DNA of 64,000 nt, taken from NCBI RefSeq assembly GCF_001194135.2, contig NC_069008.1, forward strand, positions 12,594,830-12,658,829. Reading direction: 5' to 3'. The number at the start of each line of letters is the position of its first letter. Positions within the stretch are counted from its first letter, which is position 1. The notes under the pieces were generated by a model. The model did not search any database. It worked only from the letters and a program-made list of their open reading frames with translations, and was not told the DNA's origin. Positions 50,919 to 63,026 of the stretch are shown here, piece after piece. The translations under genes and the position numbers were made by a program. The DNA is from Octopus bimaculoides (taxonomy: Eukaryota).

Positions 50919-51747
50919 NNNNNNNNNNNNNNNNNNNNNNNNNNNNNNNNNNNNNNNNNNNNNNNNNNNNNNNNNNNNNNNNNNNNNNNNNNNNNNNNNN
51001 NNNNNNNNNNNNNNNNNNNNNNNNNNNNNNNNNNNNNNNNNNNNNNNNNNNNNNNNNNNNNNNNNNNNNNNNNNNNNNNNNNNNNNNNNNNNNNNNNNNN
51101 NNNNNNNNNNNNNNNNNNNNNNNNNNNNNNNNNNNNNNNNNNNNNNNNNNNNNNNNNNNNNNNNNNNNNNNNNNNNNNNNNNNNNNNNNNNNNNNNNNNN
51201 NNNNNNNNNNNNNNNNNNNNNNNNNNNNNNNNNNNNNNNNNNNNNNNNNNNNNNNNNNNNNNNNNNNNNNNNNNNNNNNNNNNNNNNNNNNNNNNNNNNN
51301 NNNNNNNNNNNNNNNNNNNNNNNNNNNNNNNNNNNNNNNNNNNNNNNNNNNNNNNNNNNNNNNNNNNNNNNNNNNNNNNNNNNNNNNNNNNNNNNNNNNN
51401 NNNNNNNNNNNNNNNNNNNNNNNNNNNNNNNNNNNNNNNNNNNNNNNNNNNNNNNNNNNNNNNNNNNNNNNNNNNNNNNNNNNNNNNNNNNNNNNNNNNN
51501 NNNNNNAATTAAGGGATCAGCAAATATTTGCTTCACCACATACCGAAGTTCAGAAATAGCAGCTAAAAAAGCTGAGACTCCAACAGATAGCATTACCCTT
51601 AATTATGTTTATAAATGTATATGAACTTTTAAATAAGTTCTCCACCGATAATGGTGCTTACATACCGAAGGGCTTGGTAAAAATGATTAATTGTTGATTT
51701 ATTAATAAATTAATAAATTGATAAACCTTTACCCTTTTAATTTGTAA

Positions 51748-51784
<37 letters not shown>

Positions 51785-52211
51785 TGGAGGAACATATTAT
51801 CCAGGCAGACACTGTGTTAGTTCTTCATTAGGTTCCAAATACCAGCTAACCACAATGGTCACTATCAACTGTCTGTGTCTACTATAAGTTGTTAGTCATT
51901 TGGTGAATTCTTCCGTTGGGTAATTCCATGTGTCCTGCTCACAATTGTAAAGCCTCCTTAGAGTGTATAATAATATTAATAGTAACTAGTTGCCCCCCTC
52001 CACATTCCAGGACTTGTGCCTATAGTAGAAAAGTATATTGCGACAGTTACAGAATATAGAAAGAAGTGTAAAACCAATAACTATATAATTCAACCAAAAT
52101 ATTTCAGTTACGCAAACGTAAACGGAATTACTATTTAGCCTAAAAATACATTGTACATATTCAGGGAACCAACTTGGTTTAGTGGTACAGAACCCCCCAT
52201 TTTTTGTATTC

Positions 52212-52417
52212 TTTTACTTATTTCAGTCATTTGATGGGGGCCATGCTGGAGCACCACCTTTTAATCAAAGAAATTGACTCCCGGACTTATTCCCTGTAAG
52301 CCTGGTGCTTATTCTACCAGTCTCTTTTGTTGAACAGCTAAGTTACAGAGAAGAAAACACTCCAGCATTGGTTGTCAAGCAATGGTGGTGGGGGGAAAAA
52401 CACAGGCATAAACACAC

Positions 52418-52420
<3 letters not shown>
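52212..52420 (-). mobile_element. SINE 3' half
   Basis: Diverged copy of the same family. Confidence 0.75.
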
Positions 52421-52460
<40 letters not shown>

Positions 52461-52524
52461 NNNNNNNNNNNNNNNNNNNNNNNNNNNNNNNNNNNNNNNN
52501 NNNNNNNNNNNNNNNNNNNNNNNN

Positions 52525-52893
52525 GTAAGTAGCTTGCTTACCAACCACATGGTTCCGGGTTCAGTCCCACTGCGTGGCTCCTTGGGTAAGTGTTTTCTAC
52601 TATAGCCTTGGGCCGACCAAAGCCTTGTGAGTGGATTTGGTAGACGGAAACTGAAAGAAGCCTGTCATATATATGTATATGTATGTGTGTTTGTGTGTCT
52701 GTGTTTGTCCCCCCACCATCGCTTGACAACCAATGCTGGTGTGCTTACGTCCACATAACTTAGCGGTTCGGCAAAAAGAGACCGATAGAATAAGTACTAG
52801 GCTTACAAAAAATAAGTCCTGGGGTCGATTTTCTCGACTAAAGGCAGTGTTCCAGCATGGCCACAGTCAAATGACTGAAACAAGTAAAAGAGT
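52525..52893 (+). mobile_element. tRNA-headed SINE, near full length
   Basis: B-box GGGTTCAGTCCC, body, and a tail ending gaaacaagtaaaagag. Confidence 0.85.
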
Positions 52894-54491
52894 ATATATG
52901 ATGGGCTTGAAGGTGGTGGTGATGCTGGCAGGTGCAATTCCATGGTGTGCTGGCATGCCAAGAGAGATCCAGCTCTGTTTCTCATATTTTCTAAGTACAG
53001 CTACCTTTGCTCTTGACACGTGTTCTCCATTCTGTTGCTCTCTGTCTCCCTTATTTTGAAAATACACTTCTCTTTGGTCCTGGCTCATTTGTTTTATCCT
53101 TTGTTGATTTCTCTCCCTTTTATGGTGTAGGATACAACCCCTCTCGGCTTATTTCGTTTCTGCCCTGTCTCATCTTTATTTCCAGCCGCTGTCCCTCACG
53201 CAACCGTTCTCTCCTTCTATGTTGACGCTCTTGTGCTGCATCTCTCATGCGATTATCCCTATTTTAAAACTTGTTATTAAAACAATAAATCTCCAAAATG
53301 ATTCAGAGTGTTTCAATTGAAAAACATATACGAATGTATTAGACAGTTTTTGTTTAAAAGGTGAAAATATTTCTGAAACACTCACCTAATATGCAAGGAC
53401 ACAATATATAGGATACAGTAATTAATTATATTGTAGGAAGGTAAAAAGTAAAGGAAAAAAATAGAATTAATATTTTTGATTTTGTTTGGTTCTATGAGTT
53501 TAATTTTTTTTTAATGCTTTCGTCAATTGCTTGATACAAGAAAAGAGAAATGGGAAAAATTCTGACCAAAACAGAGAAATTCTAACTTAACAAAAAAATA
53601 CAGAAAGAGTAAGTTGTGTTTATTTCCACCACACAACACTTATCGCACATACACACACACATTCATATACATGTGTGTGTGTGTGTCTTTTAGTTTTTGT
53701 TTACCTATACACATCAACAAATGAGCCAATTGAACAACTGTGTGGTTGTTCAATTTGCTAGAAATAACAGCCAAATCTCTCTCATACTCTGCTCTTGTTA
53801 GTATTAAGTAAAGGGAAAAAATAGAATTAATATTTTTGATTTTGTTTGGCTCTATGAATTTTTTTTTTTTTTTTTAAATGCTTTCATCAATTACTTGATA
53901 CAAGAAAAAAAGAAGTGGGGAAACTCCTGACCAAAACAGAGAAATTTTAACTTAAGAAAAAATATAGAAAGAGAAAGAAAAGGTTGTATTCGAAAGCCAA
54001 AAGATGTTTTCTTAGCTGAAGTGCAATTTTATAATTAAAACAAATTCAAAATTTAAATTTTGGAACATATGGCTTAACATGTTATTTGGTGTAGGGCTGA
54101 AATTCAAATGGGTAGAAGACCTAAAACAAATGAGTGTGTGGTTGGGCCTTTGATAGTCAGGTGTCAATTTCAGTTCACTCATAGAAAGGAATTCAAATAC
54201 TTATCAGCAATTGCTTCTCACCCTCTCACTTCCTTTCTCCCTTGCTCAACACAGCATCAACTTTAAGTATTTTAATTTTCTCATTAAGATCGTTGCTGCT
54301 TTGGTGGCCCAGTAGGTATAGGTGTTGAGAAGTAGCAATACAACATATAGATGGTGTTTCCAAATTTCTTTCAGAAATTACAAGAGATCTAGTTAAACAT
54401 TTTTATTTAAGCAACAAAATTTCTTTCAACACTTTCTTTCTCTTAAGTGTGACACATGCATCAGGTACATACAAAAAACCAAATTGGCAGA

Positions 54492-54808
54492 TTAATATTA
54501 TTGGTAAGGAGTATGGAGACTTGAACATCTACAATATTTATTTTATAGCTATATACAGCATATTACAATGACCACTACAGCAACAGCACATTGTGGCAAA
54601 TGCAATCTTACAATACTGTCAGTGCAGGTACATCAGGGCACAAATGGATGGACCCTGATGTAACTGCACTAACAATATTGTCAGGTTGCATCTGCAACAA
54701 TGTGCAGTCACTGCAGTGGAAGCACAAATAGGTCATTGTAATATGGTGTGAATAGCTATAAATTAAATGTTGATGTACAAGTCTTCATGATCCCTATTAT
54801 TAATATTA
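54492..54808. repeat. ~315 bp imperfect fold-back palindrome (MITE-like)
   Basis: Arms pair along their whole length around a short loop near 54642-54652. Confidence 0.75.
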
Positions 54809-54986
54809 TTAGGTTGGTGCATAATTATTGCGGCTTTTTTCAATAAATTTTATTCAACAAAAACATCTTTCAATGATTATTCTGGAGCATATTCACCCTC
54901 TACCATTTCTTCTAGACGTTTTGTTTAAATCTTTTGTTGAATAAAATTTTTTGAAAAAAAGCCGCAATAATTATGCAACAACCTAA
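54809..54986. mobile_element. MADE/Hsmar1-like mariner MITE with TA TSD
   Basis: ~50 bp TIR starting TTAGGTTGGTGCATAATTATTGCGGC; TA on both sides. Confidence 0.85.
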
Positions 54987-55009
54987 TACATACATATATA
55001 TATATATAT

Positions 55010-55125
55010 ATTGTTGTTGGCACTCCGTCGCTTACGACGTCGAGGGTTCCAGTTCATCTGATCAACAGAACAGCCTGCTCGTGAAATTAATGTGCAAGTG
55101 GCTGAGCACTCCACAGACACGTGTA
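55010..55125 (-). mobile_element. SINE 3' fragment (family of 22153-22805)
   Basis: tggcactccgtcgcttacgacgtcgagggttccag match; runs into a gap. Confidence 0.7.
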
Positions 55126-55844
55126 NNNNNNNNNNNNNNNNNNNNNNNNNNNNNNNNNNNNNNNNNNNNNNNNNNNNNNNNNNNNNNNNNNNNNNNNNNN
55201 NNNNNNNNNNNNNNNNNNNNNNNNNNNNNNNNNNNNNNNNNNNNNNNNNNNNNNNNNNNNNNNNNNNNNNNNNNNNNNNNNNNNNNNNNNNNNNNNNNNN
55301 NNNNNNNNNNNNNNNNNNNNNNNNNNNNNNNNNNNNNNNNNNNNNNNNNNNNNNNNNNNNNNNNNNNNNNNNNNNNNNNNNNNNNNNNNNNNNNNNNNNN
55401 NNNNNNNNNNNNNNNNNNNNNNNNNNNNNNNNNNNNNNNNNNNNNNNNNNNNNNNNNNNNNNNNNNNNNNNNNNNNNNNNNNNNNNNNNNNNNNNNNNNN
55501 NNNNNNNNNNNNNNNNNNNNNNNNNNNNNNNNNNNNNNNNNNNNNNNNNNNNNNNNNNNNNNNNNNNNNNNNNNNNNNNNNNNNNNNNNNNNNNNNNNNN
55601 NNNNNNNNNNNNNNNNNNNNNNNNNNNNNNNNNNNNNNNNNNNNNNNNNNNNNNNNNNNNNNNNNNNNNNNNNNNNNNNNNNNNNNNNNNNNNNNNNNNN
55701 NNNNNNNNNNNNNNNNNNNNNNNNNNNNNNNNNNNNNNNNNNNNNNNNNNNNNTACTTTGAAGTTTCGTCTTTAACGATTAAACACACCAATTAATTAAT
55801 CAATCAAATGTATTAAACCATCTATGGCTCATCAGCAAGAATTG

Positions 55845-56175
55845 CTAACTCGGCTTGTTGGGGCAAGCGAAAGCAAAATCGTGATGGCACCTGCACCAGT
55901 GGAGCGCTAAGAGCACTGTTCGAGTGTGATCATTACCAGCGTCGCCTTCCTGGCACTTACGTGAAGTCATTCGAGCGAGATCGTTGCCAGTACCGCCTGA
56001 CTGGCCCTCATGCCGGTGGCACGTAAAAGCACCCACTACACTCTCGGAGTGGTTGGCGTTAGGAAGGACATCCAGCTGTAGAAACTCTGCCAAATCAGAT
56101 TGGTGCCTGGTGTAGCCATCCGGTTCACCAATCCTCAGTTAAATCGTCCAACCCATACTAGCATGGAAAAGCGGA
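55845..56175 (+). mobile_element. RTE-type 3' UTR fragment
   Basis: Modules plus the conserved tail. Confidence 0.8.
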
Positions 56176-57195
56176 AACTATAATTACATTACATTTCTAT
56201 TAAATTATAGATCGTATTTTAGAAAATTATGAAGAATAAGTTGGCTGACTTATTTTATTATTCATCAACTCTGGCCATATCTACAGATGTGTAGCCAACC
56301 GAGGCATAACTACTACAGAGTTGTACCCCCGCCCCCGACTTTGGAAGGTCATAACTTTCAGAAAAATGAATATTTTTTTAATGAAATTTTCTATGCATAT
56401 ATTATTTATTATGTAGATTCCGAATATACAAAAATTTTCGGTGAAAGTGTTTTGGAATGGGGGTGGGGGGACAATTTTCGGAAATTCCAACAAGAGTCCA
56501 CTTAAATTCCTCTTAACTTCCAGCAAAATGAATATTTTTTCGTGAAATTTTCTACAAATATACCTTGATGTATGTACATTACGAGCATGTAGGAATTTTG
56601 AAGGAAACAACTACAGGGTATTTTTGAGAAGTGTTCCCCACTCGGTGGTGTTTCGGAGCAAGTCGTCCATAATTGTTTCATTTTTCTCTATTATGTGCGT
56701 ATGTATAGTTATGCCGCCAACCGAATTTGTTTCTTTATAATTTTCAAAAAAATACCATATTTTCTCACAACTTTGAAAATTAAATATTTTTAAATAGTAT
56801 TTTCTACAAATCTGTTTTTGATAGTGTAGATTACGACTATGTGATGTGAAGACAAAATTTAGAGTGAAGTCGGATAATTCACAAATCCCGAGTTTGTTTC
56901 TTCACACGTTTTCAACAAGTTTATGAATTACCGGGACCCTCATTTTTCGCCCACCCATCAAATGTCGAGAAAATCAAAATGTTCACCATATAAAAGGTAT
57001 TTACTTGTTGAGCGTTTTATTTTAAAATATCCAGTTATCACACGTGTAGTTACGTCGAAATCTATTTAATCATTGAAATCAAACAAAATGGTGAAGAATA
57101 GAATCAATATCAACGTGTGTATAGCAACATAAAATCATTTTACATTATTCATGTCCAAATACTTTTACTAAAATATCTGTATTATTATATCTTAC

Positions 57196-57308
57196 CTGCT
57201 CTGCTACATAAATATGTGTTTCTAGTGAAATATTTTGAAATTACACCAACAGTCACATAACGCCATTGAAATTGAAGTAAACAGATGTTATAAAAATAGA
57301 ATCGGAAG
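57196..57308 (-). other. putative non-coding internal exon of ZNF-E
   Basis: GCAG|GTAAGA donor inside the homologous block 56700-57550. 5' boundary uncertain. Confidence 0.45.
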
Positions 57309-58902
57309 CTGAAATAACGAAATGTACTTAGTACCTGTATATAAGCGCCTAGTAAAAATAGATAACTGTTATTTCTAAAAAAAAATTCACTTCTAATATA
57401 CAGAATCATTTTCAAATGTATTGAAACTTTTTTAAAATTATTTCAAATAAAAATAATAAAATAAATCTATAAATTACTCCATCTGCAAAACCTGATAGAT
57501 TTAGTACTAACAAAATAATTTGATCTAAATGTTTCTAAAGAAAAATGGGATCTTTTCCCTTTGAACGGCACATCGAGAAATTAATTTTTTGTCACTAAAC
57601 ACTTTCAAACTTCGGACACTGGTAAAATGTGTCATATAAAACATATTTTACTCTTAGTGCTGTTGAGAAAAGTTTATATTTTCAAAGTTATTTCGTGTTA
57701 AAGTTGTCGTATTTCGGTAATTTCAACCAATCAATAACGTGTATTCAGCTGAATAAAATTACTGCCGTTGTTTGTCAACAACTATCGGCGGTGTATATTT
57801 CGTTTGTCACTTATTTATGACATCGTTCGTGCGTTTGTACTGGTTTNNNNNNNNNNNNNNNNNNNNNNNNNNNNNNNNNNNNNNNNNNNNNNNNNNNNNN
57901 NNNNNNNNNNNNNNNNNNNNNNNNNNNNNNNNNNNNNNNNNNNNNNNNNNNNNNNNNNNNNNNNNNNNNNNNNNNNNNNNNNNNNNNNNNNNNNNNNNNN
58001 NNNNNNNNNNNNNNNNNNNNNNNNNNNNNNNNNNNNNNNNNNNNNNNNNNNNNNNNNCTGGATGGTTGTACATTTACAGATTTTTATTATGTCACATGTA
58101 TCACTTATACTTATTTTGCAAATCATAATATTTATTGCTTATTTACATTTCATACAACATTTTCATGAAACTAATTGAGCCATCGAATTTAGAAATATTT
58201 TACAGGTTTCATTGTTTATGTTCGATTACTTTTAATACTGATTTTTTTGTGCGTCCAATTTCTAATTTTTGCAGACAATATCACTTTTATACTTTGACAT
58301 GTGAGTAGAACTCATGTCTGGAAACTTCGTGACATACTTAGATTGTTGAAAAAAAATCAATAATAGGTCCCTTCAAATGGATCCTTCTATCTACTGCATA
58401 TTACTAATATTATATTTAAACAACCCAAGGGAAATAACCCATACCACCTGAAGTTTTTAGTGAAGCGATCAATATTTGATTCTTTTGATCAGCTAACCTA
58501 ATTCTGCATTTCACTACTCAGTTTTGAACTGCTAAACATTATTATTGCGCTTCTTTGATTTGAATCTTAAACAATTCATTCATATATTTCTATACATACA
58601 TACTTTTTTGAATGCCCATTACTCCAATAATTCTGCATTTTTACAGTTACACTTTTTCCATGACAGTAGATAAATTTTTTATTCCACAACATATTTGTAG
58701 TGGGTTCAGACTGTCTGATTATAACTGAGGAATTGTCTGCAACAGCCAGCCACCACTAATAGTAGTGGTTTCAGTACAGTTCCCAGAAGTCATAATGTCT
58801 CTCCAAGGAGAGAGAGGAGGGAGACAAGACAGTCAGAAAGAGAGAGATTAACATACCCACATAACACATACAGATTGTCTGACCTACGCACATATATATA
58901 TA

Positions 58903-59032
58903 TCATCATCGTTTAACGTCCGCCTTCCATGCTAGCATGGGTTGGACGATTTGACTGAGGACTGGTGAAACTGGATGGCAACACCAGGCTCCAATCTAAT
59001 TTGGCAGAGTTTCTACAGCTGGATGCCCTTCC
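58903..59032 (-). mobile_element. RTE 3' tail fragment
   Basis: Conserved tail in reverse orientation. Confidence 0.8.
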
Positions 59033-59054
59033 TATATATATATATAAATATATA

Positions 59055-60432
59055 TTTCTAGTGAGACAGTTGCAGGAGAAATACCTAGCTAAGGATAAAC
59101 CTCTGTACCTGGCTTTCGTTGACATGGAGAAAGCCTTTGACAGGGTCCCCCGATCCCTTATCTGGTGGTCAATGAGGAAACTTGGGATAGAAGAATGGTT
59201 AGTGAGAGCTGTGCGAGCCATGTACAGAGATGCTGCCAGTAAGGTGAGGGTTGGAAATGAGTACAGCAATGNNNNNNNNNNNNNNNNNNNNNNNNNNNNN
59301 NNNNNNNNNNNNNNNNNNNNNNNNNNNNNNNNNNNNNNNNNNNNNNNNNNNNNNNNNNNNNNNNNNNNNNNNNNNNNNNNNNNNNNNNNNNNNNNNNNNN
59401 NNNNNNNNNNNNNNNNNNNNNNNNNNNNNNNNNNNNNNNNNNNNNNNNNNNNNNNNNNNNNNNNNNNNNNNNNNNNNNNNNNNNNNNNNNNNNNNNNNNN
59501 NNNNNNNNNNNNNNNNNNNNNNNNNNNNNNNNNNNNNNNNNNNNNNNNNNNNNNNNNNNNNNNNNNNNNNNNNNNNNNNNNNNNNNNNNNNNNNNNNNNN
59601 NNNNNNNNNNNNNNNNNNNNNNNNNNNNNNNNNNNNNNNNNNNNNNNNNNNNNNNNNNNNNNNNNNNNNNNNNNNNNNNNNNNNNNNNNNNNNNNNNNNN
59701 NNNNNNNNNNNNNNNNNNNNNNNNNNNNNNNNNNNNNNNNNNNNNNNNNNNNNNNNNNNNNNNNNNNNNNNNNNNNNNNNNNNNNNNNNNNNNNNNNNNN
59801 NNNNNNNNNNNNNNNNNNNNNNNNNNNNNNNNNNNNNNNNNNNNNNNNNNNNNNNNNNNNNNNNNNNNNNNNNNNNNNNNNNNNNNNNNNNNNNNNNNNN
59901 NNNNNNNNNNNNNNNNNNNNNNNNNNNNNNNNNNNNNNNNNNNNNNNNNNNNNNNNNNNNNNNNNNNNNNNNNNNNNNNNNNNNNNNNNNNNNNNNNNNN
60001 NNNNNNNNNNNNNNNNNNNNNNNNNNNNNNNNNNNNNNNNNNNNNNNNNNNNNNNNNNNNNNNNNNNNNNNNNNNNNNNNNNNNNNNNNNNNNNNNNNNN
60101 NNNNNNNNNNNNNNNNNNNNNNNNNNNNNNNNNNNNNNNNNNNNNNNNNNNNNNNNNNNNNNNNNNNNNNNNNNNNNNNNNNNNNNNNNNNNNNNNNNNN
60201 NNNNNGGCACATAAAAGACACCATTTCGAGCGTGGCCGTTTTCGTGCGGGTGACACGTAAAAGCACCCACTACACTCTCTGAGTGGTTGGCGTTAGGAAG
60301 GGCATCCAGCTGTAGAAACTCTGCCAAATCAGACTGGAGCCTGGTGTTGCCATCCGGTTTCACCATTCCTCAGTCAAATCGTCCAACCCATGCTAGCATG
60401 GAAAGCGGACGTTAAACGATGATGATGATGAT
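59055..60432 (+). mobile_element. young 5'-truncated RTE LINE (middle in gap)
   Basis: Clean RT frame LVRQLQEKYLAKDKPLYLAFVDMEKAFDRVPRSLIWWSMRKLGIEEWLVRAV before the gap; 3' UTR and (GAT)n after it. Continuity across the gap is assumed. Confidence 0.75.
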
Positions 60433-61419
60433 GTATACAAACAGTAGCAGTTTCAGTAGTTCCCAGATAGAATATCTCCTCAAAGGGAGACAGGGTGAGA
60501 GAAAAAAGGACAAGACAGATAGACAGGAACTTGCAATGTATATGGCCCAGCCCTTTCTGTTGATGCAGAGAGTCAGATAGATATTTCATAGAGAAGCTCC
60601 TCCTTTTGTTTTCCATAGTTTGTTTTGAGTCCTTCTAGCCTCAATTCCTAAGTTATTAACTGCTAACCTATGAACACCCCCTGTGCCCATTTCCAGAGAG
60701 AATGTAGACAATCTGGCTTGTGTGCTGCCCACCAAATTGTTTGGTGGTCAAATAGCTGTCAGGAATTCTGTGGTTAGTATTGCGAAAAAGCAAGTCATTA
60801 GCATCACGTAACTCCAGCAAGCTTACTCGTTTCTCATTTCAAGAACCAAAACTGTAACCTCCATGCAGACCAGGAAATCCACTGGAGTACTGCCCAACAT
60901 GTCCAGATGTCACCAGCCATGAGGATAAGGTCAGTTTTTGTTGTTAAAAATTGTCACAAACGCAAAATTATGCAAAAATAAACATTAAATAAATTATTGT
61001 TTTTGCATAATTAGCATTTTTATTAGACCGACCTAATAATTTAGGATGGTAAAAATTATGCCTATTAACAAAAATGGCTGTTGTTTCATTACATATGGAC
61101 GGATCAGAGTTATTTTGGTACAGTACATGCAGATGGGTGTTATCATGATGCAATGGGAAAATATCTGGATTCCAATGAATAAATACTCTATCATTGTGAA
61201 AAAACTGAGCTGCCTAATAATTTGACATGCAGTGTACATGCAAGGATGAGAGTGGTTGACTGAGTAAAATTTGGCAAAAGCTTTGTTCCAACCATAGATT
61301 TGGTTATCCTTTAAGAATTCCCAGTTTTTCCGTCATATGACACTATCTATTCCCCCTTCTCATCAAATGCTTCAATTAGAACATCTCTAAATCTCTGACA
61401 ATTTGAAAGATCCTTCAGC

Positions 61420-62200
61420 TTCCATCTGGGTTTGTGTTCTGGATCTTTCTGGCCTTAATTAGTAAGTTATTAACCACTAGCTTAAAATGAGTTGTACATT
61501 CTTCACGCAGGAAAAGCAGACAACCTCTTGTACTTGTTTCTGGAGAGAATATAGATAATCTGGTTTGTATGCCCACTAGATTGTTGGTTCCTCAAATAGC
61601 TGTCAGGATTCCTGAAGTCATTGTTTCATCATCAACATATTCTGCAAAAAAGACTTGTAAAAGTGGTCCCTCTGTTCATCTGCCAGTCTAGTGTAGAAAA
61701 TATGCAGATATATGTTACATCGTTCAACATCAATCTTAGCTTCATAATGCTATTATACACCCTGTCTGTCATCTTACCTATCTGTTTCTCTGCCAAAAGA
61801 ACAATCCCTATACTTCCTAATGTCCCCAACATAAGAATTTCTATGTTCCTTGCCCACAAGCAGCCTAGATGAAACTCCCCTTCAGCTTCCCTCTTACTCA
61901 TCTACATGCCCCTGCTTCAGCATTTCAACAATCTTACCCGACCTACCTTTCAGCATGTCAATGTTGGCCGTGGCAGCTCTAAGGTTGTGGACCTAGAAAG
62001 CATGAGAGAGTAGTTTGGGGGTAGTTTTCAGCATCTAGAGAAAAAGATTTTTATGGGTACTTGCCTGATGGCAATAGGTCCTCATGCATGAGATAAACAG
62101 GTATTGGCTGAAGCATGAATTGCAATTACCAACAGTCCCACAATGCCTTTGTGGGCAAGCAACTGCTTAATGGGGCAGGGACGGTCTGCTGTGAGTAAAT
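61420..62200 (-). mobile_element. RTE-LINE 5' region with degenerate APE endonuclease
   Basis: ATANIDMLKGRSGKIVEML and GIVLLAEK..IMKLRLML motifs. Confidence 0.7.
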
Positions 62201-62345
62201 GCGCTTAGATTTTGGCAACGGTGAAGGTGTAGAATGCACTTTGGCGATATATACATATAAATTATCATCAATTTACATCCACTTTCTACGCTGTCATGGG
62301 TTGTATATACATAAACAGATATACACTCATATGTGTATTTACATC

Positions 62346-62378
<33 letters not shown>

Positions 62379-62533
62379 CAAGGAGATAGATGTACACATA
62401 TGCATAATACATGCACAGATACACAATAAAAAACTAAATAATAAAGAAAAATATCTCAGAAGTGCCATAACATGAATTTGGACAAAAAAGGTAAATAAAG
62501 TTATATTAAACACCATACAACATAAATTCATCA

Positions 62534-62539
62534 TTTATT
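62534..62539 (-). terminator. poly(A) signal of ZNF-F
   Basis: tcAATAAAtgatgaatt on the minus strand. Confidence 0.55.
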
Positions 62540-63026
62540 GAAACTATCATTAACTTTAATCTTTATATTGATACAGTTACTGTAGTATATGAGTGCATAC
62601 ACGTTTTTTAAAGTAAATATTTTGAGAGAATAATTTGCCACTAATATGGCTTCTCTCCAGCATGAATATGTTAATGAACAGTTAGGTGTTGACATTGAGG
62701 AAATGATTTGCCATCAATCTCAGTGATGTGATTTCTCACCTGTATGAATAAGTTCATGTCTAGCTAACTTAGTGCTCTCAGAGAATGATTTACAACATAC
62801 AGTGATATGGTTTCTCTGTATGGATACGTTTCTGTGAAGTTAAGTTACCACTTCCAGAGAATGACTTAACATAGATATCACAATGATATAGGCATAGTCT
62901 CCCACCAGTATGAATACAGTTGTTAATTTTGAGAGAATGTGTTACCACAGATATCAATAATATGCTTTGTTCCATGTATGAATAAGGATGTGCTTAATTA
63001 GTTATTAATTTCAAGATAATGATTTA

